Assembly: GCA_965649765.1 (NCBI GenBank)
Contig: OZ287749.1
Span: forward strand, 46,128,001-46,192,000
Source: Bispira polyomma
Taxonomy: Eukaryota
Direction of reading: 5' to 3'
DNA: 64,000 nt
Below the pieces are notes generated by a model, which did not search any database, had not been told where the DNA came from, and worked only from the letters and a program-made list of their open reading frames with translations. Below, in pieces: positions 26,116-37,941 of this stretch (its first letter is position 1; every line of letters starts with the position of its first letter). The translations under genes and the position numbers were made by a program.

Positions 26116-26502
26116 TCAGGGAACCTTGAATAACCACATCATATGAATTAACGCAAAATTTGAGAATAATTTCTATAATTCCTTTAAAGTGATGTTATAG
26201 TTAACATATACATGAATAACAGGATTTGATGTTAATTGCCACACTCTTGATGATATCCTTATTATTAAACCTTTCAACTGATATTCTAATCATTAAATCT
26301 TTCAACCAGCAAGCAATGGATGTTTGTAGTTGAACCCTTTTTAGTAAAATTCTGTTAAGTTGAATTCCCTTTTTTTGCAGAGAAAATATGTAGTCCACTA
26401 AAGCATTAAAATTTTACAAATGTACCTTGTTAAGTAAAAATCCTGCTTAAATGGGAGATATTTCAACAATGTAAACACTCTATTAGCCACATTCAAAATC
26501 AT

Positions 26503-26758
26503 GGTGAATATGGCCCAGTGGTTCCCTGGTTTAACTGGTGAGTTGGTCTTGTGATAAGATCTCCAATTCAAGTCCGGGTAACACCATAATGGTCATTAGT
26601 GAATAACATCCTTGGGGAAAGAGGTGAACATGCCAATGCCTACTGAAGACAACCAACTAGCTATGTATTAGGGTCAGGCTTAAATGTTATCTTGATTCTA
26701 AAGAATTTTGAAGATGCCTAGCATCAATAAGGAATCTTCAGAAATATACAATACAACA
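26503..26758 (+). mobile_element. tRNA-derived SINE with CORE-like box and L2-derived tail
   Basis: A-box tggcccagtgg, B-box-like ttcaagtcc. catccttggg box as in the 42903 SINE. Tail gaagatgcctagcatcaataa matches the L2 3' end at 58.4 kb. Confidence 0.6.
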
Positions 26759-27519
26759 CACGAAAATGTGAACTCTATGCCATATTGAGACCTGAGGTCA
26801 AATTTGAAAACACAAAATCAAATGGCACATCTCACTTTGGCAATGAAAGCTCTGCAGGTCACCCTACCATGTTCTTCTTCAGTGTTTGTAAACTTGAGAC
26901 ACTTTGTAGTGACCACATGCTATATGCAGGTATCTGTATCTATAAAGTAGACACAGATAAAGTAGAACCTCTATTATCTAAACATGCTAGGAAAGCAAAA
27001 TTTTGTTCAGATAATAGAAGGTTTTAAAAAAGCAGAAATATTTATGTATAAAGCAATTTAGGAGAGTGGAAATGAGTTCATAAATTAACCATTGAGATAA
27101 TTCAATTTTAGTTTTAACTTTCATATTTCTTTTAATATGTTTGTGCCAGATCACTGGTGGAGGAAGTCAGAATTTGATAGTGGGTCAAGATTTTTTTCCT
27201 CTTCAAAACACCAACCTTCAGCAAGTCTACTGGCAACTTTCCTGCCGCAATATTCGGATAATAGAGGTTCTATGACATCTTTGTATAAAAACTATAGAAC
27301 CTCTATTATTTGAACTTCTGTTATCCGAATATTCAATTTAATGAACTCAATTTAACCCTTTGGAATTTTTATTTTCCTTGTTGATTTATACCTTAAATAC
27401 CTCTTCTTTGTGATAAAGATTCTATTATCCAAAAAGAATTTCACTCTCCCAAGGTGTTTAGATAATAAATGGTTCTGTAGCTGTAAATCATGTATATTCT
27501 ACATACATCTAATTGGTCC

Positions 27520-28542
27520 TCAGTCCTCGTCACTATCCAAACTACTGAGCCACTGTAAACACTTTGTCCTGGCGTTCTCTGCACTATCATCCCTGTACAG
27601 CTTCCTCTCTGAAATCACCCTTTCTGTCAGGGATGAGGGAATATCCCCAATGTTCACATAAGACGGCTTCATTACTTTACATTTGCTTTTGGCTTCGGGG
27701 ACAACATAAGCAGGGGGAGTGTCTGTGATGCGCCATTCATTCCTGCTACTAGTATTAAGACGCCTGGTATGCATTGGCTTCTGTTCAAACTGTTCGGTCT
27801 GGACGTTTACACTGGATTTCTCTTGGTCACTGGAATTTTTGTGCATGTGATGATTGTGAAACCGTTCATTTGGGTTGGTCGAATCTTTGAAATCATGTTT
27901 GCCATCTGGCTTATAACTACCGCTACTACCACCATTTATGCCACCAGTCTGATAATTAAACTGCGGCTTTTCGTTCCTACTACTGTTATTCCCAAGTTGA
28001 ACATTCTTTGGTGAGGTGGGTGAAGTGACTCTGGAATTAGACCTTAGATTCCTATGGTTATTAGCCATGGATGGACAGGATGTCGATCGGGACACTAGTC
28101 CAGGAGACATCAAAGAGGTCATCTTGTGATGAGGATTCGGGGATAGAAACGGGATGAACCTGTGATGTATCCTGTCTGTCGGAGCCAGGTGATACTCTCT
28201 GGCATTCGGAATCATGTGTTTGCCATTTGTATCTGCCTGCTCCCTGGCTTCCTCTCCATGCAGTGCCAGGTTATCCAGACTTACCCGAGGTGATACGGAG
28301 TCAGTGAAGCTTAGACAGCTCAGGTGTGTGTTACTGGCACTCTGGGACGAAGGTCCATTCTGAACCAGGCCTTTAACTGAAGGACGAACCATAGAAAACC
28401 TTGGAACATTGGCACAGTCAGAGCAGAAATGGTCTACCTTTCTGCTAGTGTCCATCTTTGGTTCTACTCTGTTCTGTCCATCTGGTTCTATGTCGCTGGA
28501 TGATAATCGTCTGAATGGGATTTTCAGTTTGCGACTATCCAT
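27520..28542 (-). CDS. Uncharacterised intronless 340-aa Ser/Asn/His-rich protein with PRR18-like C-terminal motif
   Basis: 1023-nt open frame with GC higher than flanks and good start context (aaaaatATGG). The C-terminal ..ISERKLYRDD..ARTKCLQWLSSL resembles the PRR18 ..KCxEWL motif (inference). Confidence 0.82.
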   Translation of the reverse strand: MDSRKLKIPFRRLSSSDIEPDGQNRVEPKMDTSRKVDHFCSDCANVPRFSMVRPSVKGLVQNGPSSQSASNTHLSCLSFTDSVSPRVSLDNLALHGEEAREQADTNGKHMIPNAREYHLAPTDRIHHRFIPFLSPNPHHKMTSLMSPGLVSRSTSCPSMANNHRNLRSNSRVTSPTSPKNVQLGNNSSRNEKPQFNYQTGGINGGSSGSYKPDGKHDFKDSTNPNERFHNHHMHKNSSDQEKSSVNVQTEQFEQKPMHTRRLNTSSRNEWRITDTPPAYVVPEAKSKCKVMKPSYVNIGDIPSSLTERVISERKLYRDDSAENARTKCLQWLSSLDSDED

Positions 28543-30300
28543 ATTTTTCTATCCACTAATAACACCTTCCCTTATTAATTGTCTACACTCCTTTGTTCTC
28601 TATATAGACTTTTTTTTTACAATATTTTACAACTTCAATTCTTTAAAATAGTCAATACGAATTGTGTGTGAACACCATTATATAAACTCACACACAGTAA
28701 TAAGAGACTACTATGGGACTACCCATGTAAATGCATTCAGTCAAAGACATGTACAACTATCACGCAATCCTCCAGGTCAGTTATCACCAGACAGTTAATT
28801 GTAGGTAATATGACTTCAGTTTACTCCCTTTTTGCTTATATTACTCAGCTTGTTTAACTATGCCTTGTTTTTTTACCTTCAGTTTTTTCCCACCCCTTCT
28901 TACATTTTGCTGCAGCAGTGTAACAGTTAATACAGGTATCACGATCTTATAGTGACGTCTATTAGAGCTCAGCACTTGCCAGAAGCTGCACTAATTAGAG
29001 TCTGGTGTAGTAGTCAATACACTGCAGTGATACATCCAGGGGAGGGGGAATAGAAGATTTATACAAAAACTACTCAATCCCAATACTAAATGACATTTTC
29101 TTGCAACTTGGTATTCATGGCAAATGAATAGTCAATCCATAATTAATCAGTGTGCCATACGTTCTCTGCCTTCTCTTCTCCATCAGCTGATGGACAAACC
29201 ACAAGGCAATATAACTATCTACATCCGCACCATAGTCATTCTCTCCTGTTGCTTTTTTTATATTGCTCTCTTCTATATATTCATCAGTACAGGAGATCCA
29301 ATCACATGCTCTATTAACAAAACCCTACTTTTTTTTTGTCTATTTCTAAGTGTCTAACTCCTATTAATAATGCAATCCCTCTCTCTCTATCTGTCTCTAT
29401 ATTATGAAATATATATTACATATCTATATTACTATAGGGGTGTATTATTTCTATATTATATACAGAATAATGAGCTGCTATTGCTATCTCAACATCAGTG
29501 AGTGTATTACTCAGACATGCAGCACACGGAACGCACACATTAAAAGATGGAGAGACACACAGAGCCCTGAAAGCCCCACTACCACCAGTAGTTCCTATAT
29601 ATGTCCTCCCCCACACTATACCACAGCAGTACTGAGCACATCACACTACACACTGCCACCACCAGCAGTAGCAGAACACTGCCACACAGTTGCTCCCCCT
29701 TCCCCCCTCTCCCTTCTTTTTCCCATGTCCCCCCCCCCTCATAATCAATAGAATGCATCTATGTCTGTCCTTTGGTACACACACACACCATACACACACA
29801 CTAACACTGTGGTTTGTAGGTTTGTATGGTTACCAACCAAGTCATTTTCTGTATGTGTTAGTGTCCCCTGTTGTATATAAGAAGGTGCAGCTGCCTCCCC
29901 ACCCTCTTCCCAACACACTTACTTTTCATCTCCTCCTCATTTCCCCTGTAGGAGCCCCCCAGCACTTATTATGGGTTCTCCCTTTGGTGACAGCAGGTAG
30001 TTGGGGGGTATGTATGACAGGCAGCTAAGAGCCCCTAGTAGGGGGTGTGTAGCTGATGGTGGAGGTGGTTTGGGAGAAGGGGGACACATTACCATAAGCC
30101 TTATAACTTTCGCCGGATCTCTGGTGGGTTTTTTTATTTTGTAACATAATTAGATATATAGAGAGACTTGGCAAAGGGATAATTATGTAACTTTTAATTT
30201 GCAAGAAAATTAGTAGTTCTATGTTAAGCTCCAGCGATATACCAAATGATTAACTTTCTAGTAATTCATTCTAATTCCATTCCATTTGAGATTATAAATA

Positions 30301-30472
30301 CAGTAGACTCTGTACAAGTAGAAATAGTGTAAGTCGAATTTAGGTATGTGGAACCAGTTTTGAGGTCCAAGCATCAGAAAATGCTGTATTTTTGTAGGTA
30401 GAAGTGTAAGTTAGCTATAACCAGAACCAAATCCTGTGAATATTGGAGGTTCTAGTTATACAGAGTCTACAG
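30301..30472. mobile_element. TA-flanked Tc1/pogo-like MITE (CAGTAGACTCTG TIR)
   Basis: TA|CAGTAGACTCTGTA ... TACAGAGTCTACAG|TA. Related partial copy at about 15851-16035. Confidence 0.7.
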
Positions 30473-31949
30473 TAGTGGTTTTTTTTACCAATACAGAGTA
30501 GACATGAAGCATCGCCAGCGACAATGTTAATTGTATTCACTAATATTTACCAGCTCACAATAACTGTAACTTGTCATGTGCCTATTATTTTCTTCAGGCA
30601 GGGTTTAAATACTCTGGGTTACCAATTGCCCTTTCTGTCACAAAAAAAAAGGGAAGAGGAGGTGGATTTACTGTTAATTATTAATACAGCTGGTCAGCTG
30701 GGGAAGCCACTTAGCTCTATATTGTATGCATATGGTTTGAGAAGGTTGACTTTGGAACTTGAGGTGACCTTAATTAATGGGACCCCTTATTAAAGTCATC
30801 CTAACAATTAATTCCAATCATGACATTATTTTCGAAAAACGTAAAACTATTTTCTAAATTAGAAATGACATTGTTATTATATGCATTAAAAAGCTGGATT
30901 AAAAGTGATCTCCCATATTTCAAACCAATGTGTTTTTTTTCTTTTCAATGTTTGACTTTTTGCTTGGTCCAGAAAGAACAGCTATTGTCCATTGGGGCAC
31001 AAATGGGTGTTCATACAAGGAAACTGTAGTTAGGCCTCATACTGAGAGAGTAAAAGGGGACATGCTGTGTGTTAGCCTGGGAGGGACTCTGTTTCAAGAC
31101 AATTATCACACAGTTTATCACCTTATTAACATGTATATAATTATAGCTGGCTTTTTAGTACATATTATTATTATTATAGGCATTTGTTGTTAACCCCCTA
31201 CCAACACACCTGATTTTTTTTTATGGAATCAGAAACACACTGTTGAATATAATGGCTACCTTTAATTAACACATGTGGACTGGAATAATGGTACAATGAA
31301 GCAACAATGAAACAATGAATTGACTAGCCAGGTGCCAGTAACATAAAAACATTCTTATACATTAAGGCGGAGCATAAGCTTTTGTCTCAGTAAATAAACT
31401 TTCTAACTATTTTTCACAAAAGATGACTTATTTGAGTTAGCAATTGATGATGGCCGGCCTTCTAAAAATAACAAACTTCAATTACAGCCTTTTAAAATGT
31501 GCACATATAAAATTGGTATATGTAATAGGGACACATTTTGTTCCTCGATATGTCAAATAGCACCTGGATTAATATTGTTCTGAAGGACAGGTAAACTCAT
31601 GATAAAAATTCTCACAGAACAAGGATGCAAATACAAAGTTGTTTTACATTATCTAACATCAATATTAAATGGTACCATCATTCAGATAAATATTGCATAG
31701 TGGTTTAACATTATACATAGTCTCATACAATTTTTTTTTAATTATAAAGAGCATAGGATATAAAATATACATGTATACGATTAATATATCAAAATACCAG
31801 GGTATACGAAAGGTCTAAATCTTAATTTAGTCTAAAGCTTAACCTGTATGTCTAAAATATTTAAGACTGACAACTGTTAGTCTTTGTGTTAAGAGCAAAG
31901 TTAACACTAATTTTGAACAGACTTAATGTTAAATGTCCACTTTTTTAGA

Positions 31950-34900
31950 TATTTTTATATTTTGTGGCAGTTCTTATTGTAATAAACGACAGATTTAAAT
32001 AAAACAATCTTTCCAAAAGGCATAATAGGAATTTCTGATATTTGACATTATTTATATTTTAAAGTCACTTTGAAACAGGAATCCTCTCGAGACTAAAGTC
32101 AATTCACATACCAAATCTGAATGAAATCCGTGCAAAAGTTATTGTGCAGAAAGCAGAATCCAATTTTGTTAACTTATTTTAATGTCACCTTGTAATATGG
32201 CTGTAGTATTACTAAGTTTAAGGTTAGCTTAAAGTGGGGATCATAACCAGGCCGAAATCCATTAAATTTAATCAGTGATATACATTTGAGTAATTGTAAG
32301 GCAACTAGATTACCTAAAAGTTGAATTATACCCACCTGTATATCAAGCCATACCCACCTTAGTCCTAATCATCCCCCGGGCGTTCTCTCTGGTGCTTGAC
32401 CTTTTTTCTGTCTCTGGATATTGAAATTGGATCACTGTCCTTAGTGCTGTTGTGCCTTAAAATCCCCTTCGTTAAGTGGAGATTAAGTCCTATAAAAGTC
32501 TAATAACAATTACAATTATTGTCTGTAAAGCATTTTGTGACCCTAAAGTTGCGGATTTTCCTAATCATTAGAATTTAAGTTCCCCTTAAGGTAGGGATCT
32601 CTCTTATGTTCACATACATCCAAATACCAAGCTTGAATTAAATCTATGAAAAAGTTTTGGAAGTTATTCTCCGGAAAACAAAAAGTGAACTCTAAAACAG
32701 ATGTTGCCCCTACCAATGGACAGAATGACCCCGATATTTGTGCGCCTGTAAGCAGACAACACAAAAATGTCCTTCCTTATTGTAACATCCACAGATAGTT
32801 ATACCAGCAAATACAATTTAATGTAATCAGCCATTTGCATTCTTTAAGGGAAAACAAAAAACACCCAGTAACTACTGGTCCTACATCAAAGGAACCCCAT
32901 TAGGACTAATCAAGGTCACTTTATTTGTAAAAAACCAGATCAATCTCTGTGTTCTTGGTCTGGATATTGCATGAAACCACAGCAGAGTTACAGCTAGAGT
33001 TGCTGGCTTCTTTGCTGTCCTTTTTTTAATGAGAAAATATAGGGGTAATACAAATGTAGTAGGAATATCATCTTGCATTGCAGTTACCTTGAGCATGGAG
33101 CCAGGTTGCTATTGCCTGAATTGATGAATACTTCTACTATTGGATACTGACTGAATGATTCCACTTTAAATTTGAGTTCTAATTTGTTGTATATTAACAA
33201 GGGTTTTAATCTTTGTTTAAAAAATTCCATATAAGACAGAATATTTTTGCAAAAAGGGATGATTTTAGAAACATTTTTGCATACAAATGATTGATGGTGG
33301 TACTTGGCTGCTAAGCATAGGTTAGGATACATGTTGGTGTTCTCTCCTTAGATAATAAAGGACAGTTATCGAGGTCCCTTTTCGTAACCTACTTAAATTA
33401 CATACCAACATTTTTTATATAGATGGCTTATATCCTATTTACTTTATGGTTCTCTTTGATGATATAAACAAATGTACACTCTTTGAAAAAATAGTGCACA
33501 TTTTTTACAAGAAGAAAATTCACTGGTGTAATTTAATGGGCATTAGTCTTTGAACCGTATGTGACAGCAAGGCTAGTATGCTCAACAGGGAGCCGAGCCT
33601 GACCAATCTGTTGACAAAGTTGAAAAAATCAGACTGAGGCGTAAATTTAAAGTCCGCTTAGATCCGATTTGGGCCCTATATCAGGATCTTAACATTTAAA
33701 TGTTTTTTCAAGTTATAACTTAAACGTTGTAGATTACAATGATTTTGGGGCAAGACAATACACATTGGAACTCCCTGACAAATATCTGCTTACAACTCAC
33801 AAATAGTTCCTAAGATATACTCCAAGTAACATTTGAAGGCCATAATTTTGTCATAGGCTGGTTAGACCACGATGCTAAAATACTGTTGTGGCCCCGAGTG
33901 AATATTTTGTATCCAGTCTGAACTTTCTCTGATAAGTGGGCATTCAGACCTGCCCTACACAGGAAACACCAATACCCTGACAGTTAGAAATGCCTGGGAG
34001 GTACACTATTGTATAAAAAATATATTATTTTTCTCACCATTTTCAGAATTTCGGAAATAGAAAGTACAATATGGTTGCCAGATAAAAGGATATTTCATAG
34101 TTTTCAGAATGAATTTCTAATACCATGGAAGATCAAAATCCAAGTCAGTGAAATATTGATCCACCACTATGGTTACATGTTTAACAATTTACCTGTGGTA
34201 AAGTATACATGTTTAAACACTTTACCTGTAGTAAAGGAGTTGTGAAAGTTTCTGATGTGAAGTTTATGCAGAAAAGAATAATTTGAAAATTTTTATATTA
34301 GCCTGTATTACACTTTTGTTACCCTTAGACTAGTGGGTCAAGAATTTGCTCAAAATCACTTGATTTCTTCCCATTCCCATGATATTTGCGATTTTATGAA
34401 AAAAATTATAAAAAGTCAAACTGGCACCAAACTTAAAAAATTTAAATTTCAATATTAGTCCATATTACTGCATTTCGACATCAATGAATTGAACAGTAGC
34501 TCGAAATCACTCTAGCTTTTACCGTTTCCAAGATACTTGCCATTTTATGAAAATCCCAATAATTAGGTCAATATGACCTTAACAATCAATCGTTTCACCT
34601 GCTAAATCAACCTAGATAACAAATTGGGTCATTCCAGCAGAAGTACTTTGGCTGGTAATGACCACATGACTATTTAAGAAAAAGTCACCATAGAGGTAAT
34701 ATTGTTTTTCAGATATGGTGGAAACTTGTGTCATCAACATTTATATTGACCTATCAACATGAAAAGGCCCCTTACAAAATATGATTCAATGCTACACAAC
34801 TTGGCTGTAAGCCTATAATCAGACAAATGTCACAAAAGGACGAACGAATATGGCATAATTCGATATCCCCCGCCAGGGCATAAATATGAGGATGTGTGTA

Positions 34901-35950
34901 TCACCTATAGTTTTAAAGGAGAGGTTAGTGTGTTTACATAAGAGTAGACAGACCCATAACATAATATCGGCAAGTTTGTGAGCTGACAATATTCAATACT
35001 TTGTTTGTTGGATGTTAATACGAGCAGTTGCACACTTATAAATATATTATATTTGTGCCAAATTCAACTTTCAGGAATTGTATTAATATAATATAGTTAT
35101 AGTATCATGTTACGGTCAATCTCAAAAATCAAAACACTCCAAACTCAGTTTGCCTAAACAGAAGCCAAATTTTCACGTTATATAATATTTATACATTATT
35201 TTTAAGCAAAATTCATGCATCTCTTTTTTTAATGATCCATCTTTTTTAAATACCTAATAATCCCCACCCAATCTTTGCTTTGCTATGTTTTATAATTTGT
35301 AAAATTCAAGACAAAATCAGAGTAGTACTAAATGTAACATGTTTAACAAGATAATCAAAGATAATAACAGCATACCCCAGCAGAGATATATGTTTAAAGA
35401 CAGTGTCCGAGATATTTATATTACAAATTTTCAGTAAGAGTGAGTAGAATTAATCTAATATTGTTGCATATAACCCTAAAAGTTGTACGGATTTGTTTTT
35501 AGGTTTACAGGCCTCAAAAATTTGACCTCTATCTTACATTTACAAAAATTAAGATGGCCGCCTAAACTTTGCACAAGAACTTAAAATGGCTGCCAAAATT
35601 AAATATTGTTATTTGGGGCCATGACACTGGGTTATGTGACCTTTAATTTCAACAAGCTATGTTCATGTTGATTTAGGGTAGTATAGGGCAATATATTTTT
35701 ATAATTTTTGATTTTAAGGCCTTGTGATCTCTTTTGAACTTTGAACTAGAACCCTAAAACATGACCTTGAATAACAACACCTCCAATGATGAGTTGTAAA
35801 AAGTATAAACCAACAAGCAACAGTTTGCTGAGAAACTAGGTAAAAAATTCCACACCAATGACCAGCTATACCAACAGACAAGGCACAATCCTATATCATC
35901 TATCCTGGCAATTTGGAGGGCAGGAGCAACAACATAGACAGAGATACACA
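31950..35950. repeat. Cluster of decayed Helentron/HINE-like non-autonomous repeats
   Basis: Recurrent gtcacct/tgacctt and aaaatggc(g/t)gcc motifs, GACA/GACG-like tracts and 3' hairpin-like ends (about 32700-32765, 34830-34885, 35875-35945). Similar relics at about 12240-12640, 21490-22000 and 24270-24470. Boundaries unresolved. Confidence 0.35.
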
Positions 35951-36397
35951 AAATATACTGTTTAGAAAAAAATTTATTATCACAGATTTACTCCGAGGTT
36001 AACCATATTTAATTAATCTTTTTTTAGGGAATAATCACAATAAATCCAGGGTTTAGTAACATAAGTACGCCAAATGTCAGTGACTAAATCAGGCTACACT
36101 GGATCAAAGTCCTTATTTTTCTCTACCATGTTTTTTAGAAGTGTAAATACATGTACACATGTAATGTCAATGTTGCATGTTTTAAGTCACTAAACCCTTC
36201 AAATGTAAAACTTCCTATATAAGCAAATACATTCTGTCATTCAGTCCCAAGCAATAAAGCAAAAAGTAAAACCACTTATAATAAATAAGTATAACTAACA
36301 CATACACAATATTAAAATATTTAGATCTTCTAAAACTCTAAAGTGAATCACTATTGAAAACGCTGACAAGTAAACAACATGACATATTGCTGAGTAA

Positions 36398-36628
36398 TAT
36401 TGTAAGCGATCTAAAATTTACCACAGTATCTGAAATTCAGCACCCCTCAAATTTAAGCCAACAAATAAAAATGGCCAAAAATGACTAGAATTTAGGTAAG
36501 CAGGGCAAAATAGTGACAAAAATCTCAATTTTGTTAAATATTACCCACAATTCTACCACAAATAAAACAGGTTCTAGGTGGCAAGTTTCAGATATAGTGC
36601 CATGGTAAATTTTTCATTCTTTACTCTA
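36398..36628. mobile_element. MITE with TAGAGTAAG TIR (copy 3)
   Basis: Colinear with the 16344 and 19489 copies (ggcaaaatagt.acaaaaatctcaattt..., attacccacaattctacc). Confidence 0.75.
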
Positions 36629-37553
36629 TCAATTGACAATAAAGATATTAATACCTAGTTTCAAAACACTAGCAGCACTACAAAATTAATAAATATAGAT
36701 CATTTATGAAAACTAACTTTAGAAATGGAAAAATTCATACAAGTAGACAACAAACCCATCTTTGCATTAACAAAGTAAACATCTGGATTGTAGCACAATT
36801 TCAAGATTTTATCATGCCATAAACTTAAATATTGAGAGGTAGGAATCTTCTATTTCATGAACCTTCTAATATCCGTACAAAACATGTTTAGATAGTAAAG
36901 GTTCTACTGTAAAATGTGTAAATATACCAAGAAAATATTGCCTCGCCAGTATGCAAATTTAAACTTTTTAACCAAAATAGAGAATATTTTAAAATATATT
37001 CCTGTGCTTAATGTTGTTCTGCTTAATGTTATTTTGCAGAATTTTTGTGATGTTGCAAATCTTATATTTGTGGTTTACTTAAAGATTCTTAACTGAAAAA
37101 TATGTCTAAAATAAGCAGTGTTAATTGCAAAAAGTTACTTCTGCTGTATACAAACGGAACCTCAGTGGCCAGTGACAGTCTTTAGCAAATATGCCATCTT
37201 ATAACTTGTCCAAATTATGTGAATCATTCAGCTTTTAAGGTTACAGCAATGACTCACACGCAGTTTTTTTTTCCACTGTTAACATCGACAGCCCCCCCTC
37301 CCCTCCCAATTTTTTCAAACGTGCGTGTAACAATCGAAATTATGGTCAGAATAGACTAGCGGAAAAGACCAATCTCACCACTACCCACCACCTATTTCCA
37401 AGATCCTGGATCCACCTATGGTTTCCTTATATCACCAGATATATGTTCCTGAGAGTGACCTATCACAATGTACATACAGTAGAACCTCTATTATCCAAAT
37501 ATTGAATTCCATAAGCTCATGGCTTTTAAAGTATATTTTCTTATTGCAATGTA

Positions 37554-37728
37554 CAGTTGAACCCTTTTAAGCCATACAGGAGACGAGAAAAATTACCTCT
37601 ACTTAAGCAGGGTTCCACTTAATAGGAAAGATTTTAAAAGAGAAGGCTTTTCTTGGACTACATGCATAAAATTTTATCCACAAAATGCGAATGGACTTAA
37701 TAAGAGTTCTACTGAATGGGGTTAACTG
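37554..37728. mobile_element. TA-flanked Tc1/pogo-like MITE
   Basis: TA|CAGTTGAACCC ... GGGGTTAACTG|TA. Confidence 0.55.
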
Positions 37729-37941
37729 TACTAAAACATCGCTTCTATGTTATGAACATTCTATTAACTGAAGAAAGACTTACCCACCAAAGTACTTAGT
37801 CAACAGAGATTCTACTCTTAAATAGTAATTTCAACAATACATACATACAAATATTAATAAATATCAGAAGCACCAAAAAAATTTAATAATAATTTGCACA
37901 TCACAGAATTTAACAATAAGTAGACACTACACAAGACATGT

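Noticed and set aside
29404-30028. 115-aa and 112-aa Pro/Thr-rich ORFs
   Set aside because: Derived from low-complexity C/A-rich sequence; no motifs or splice support
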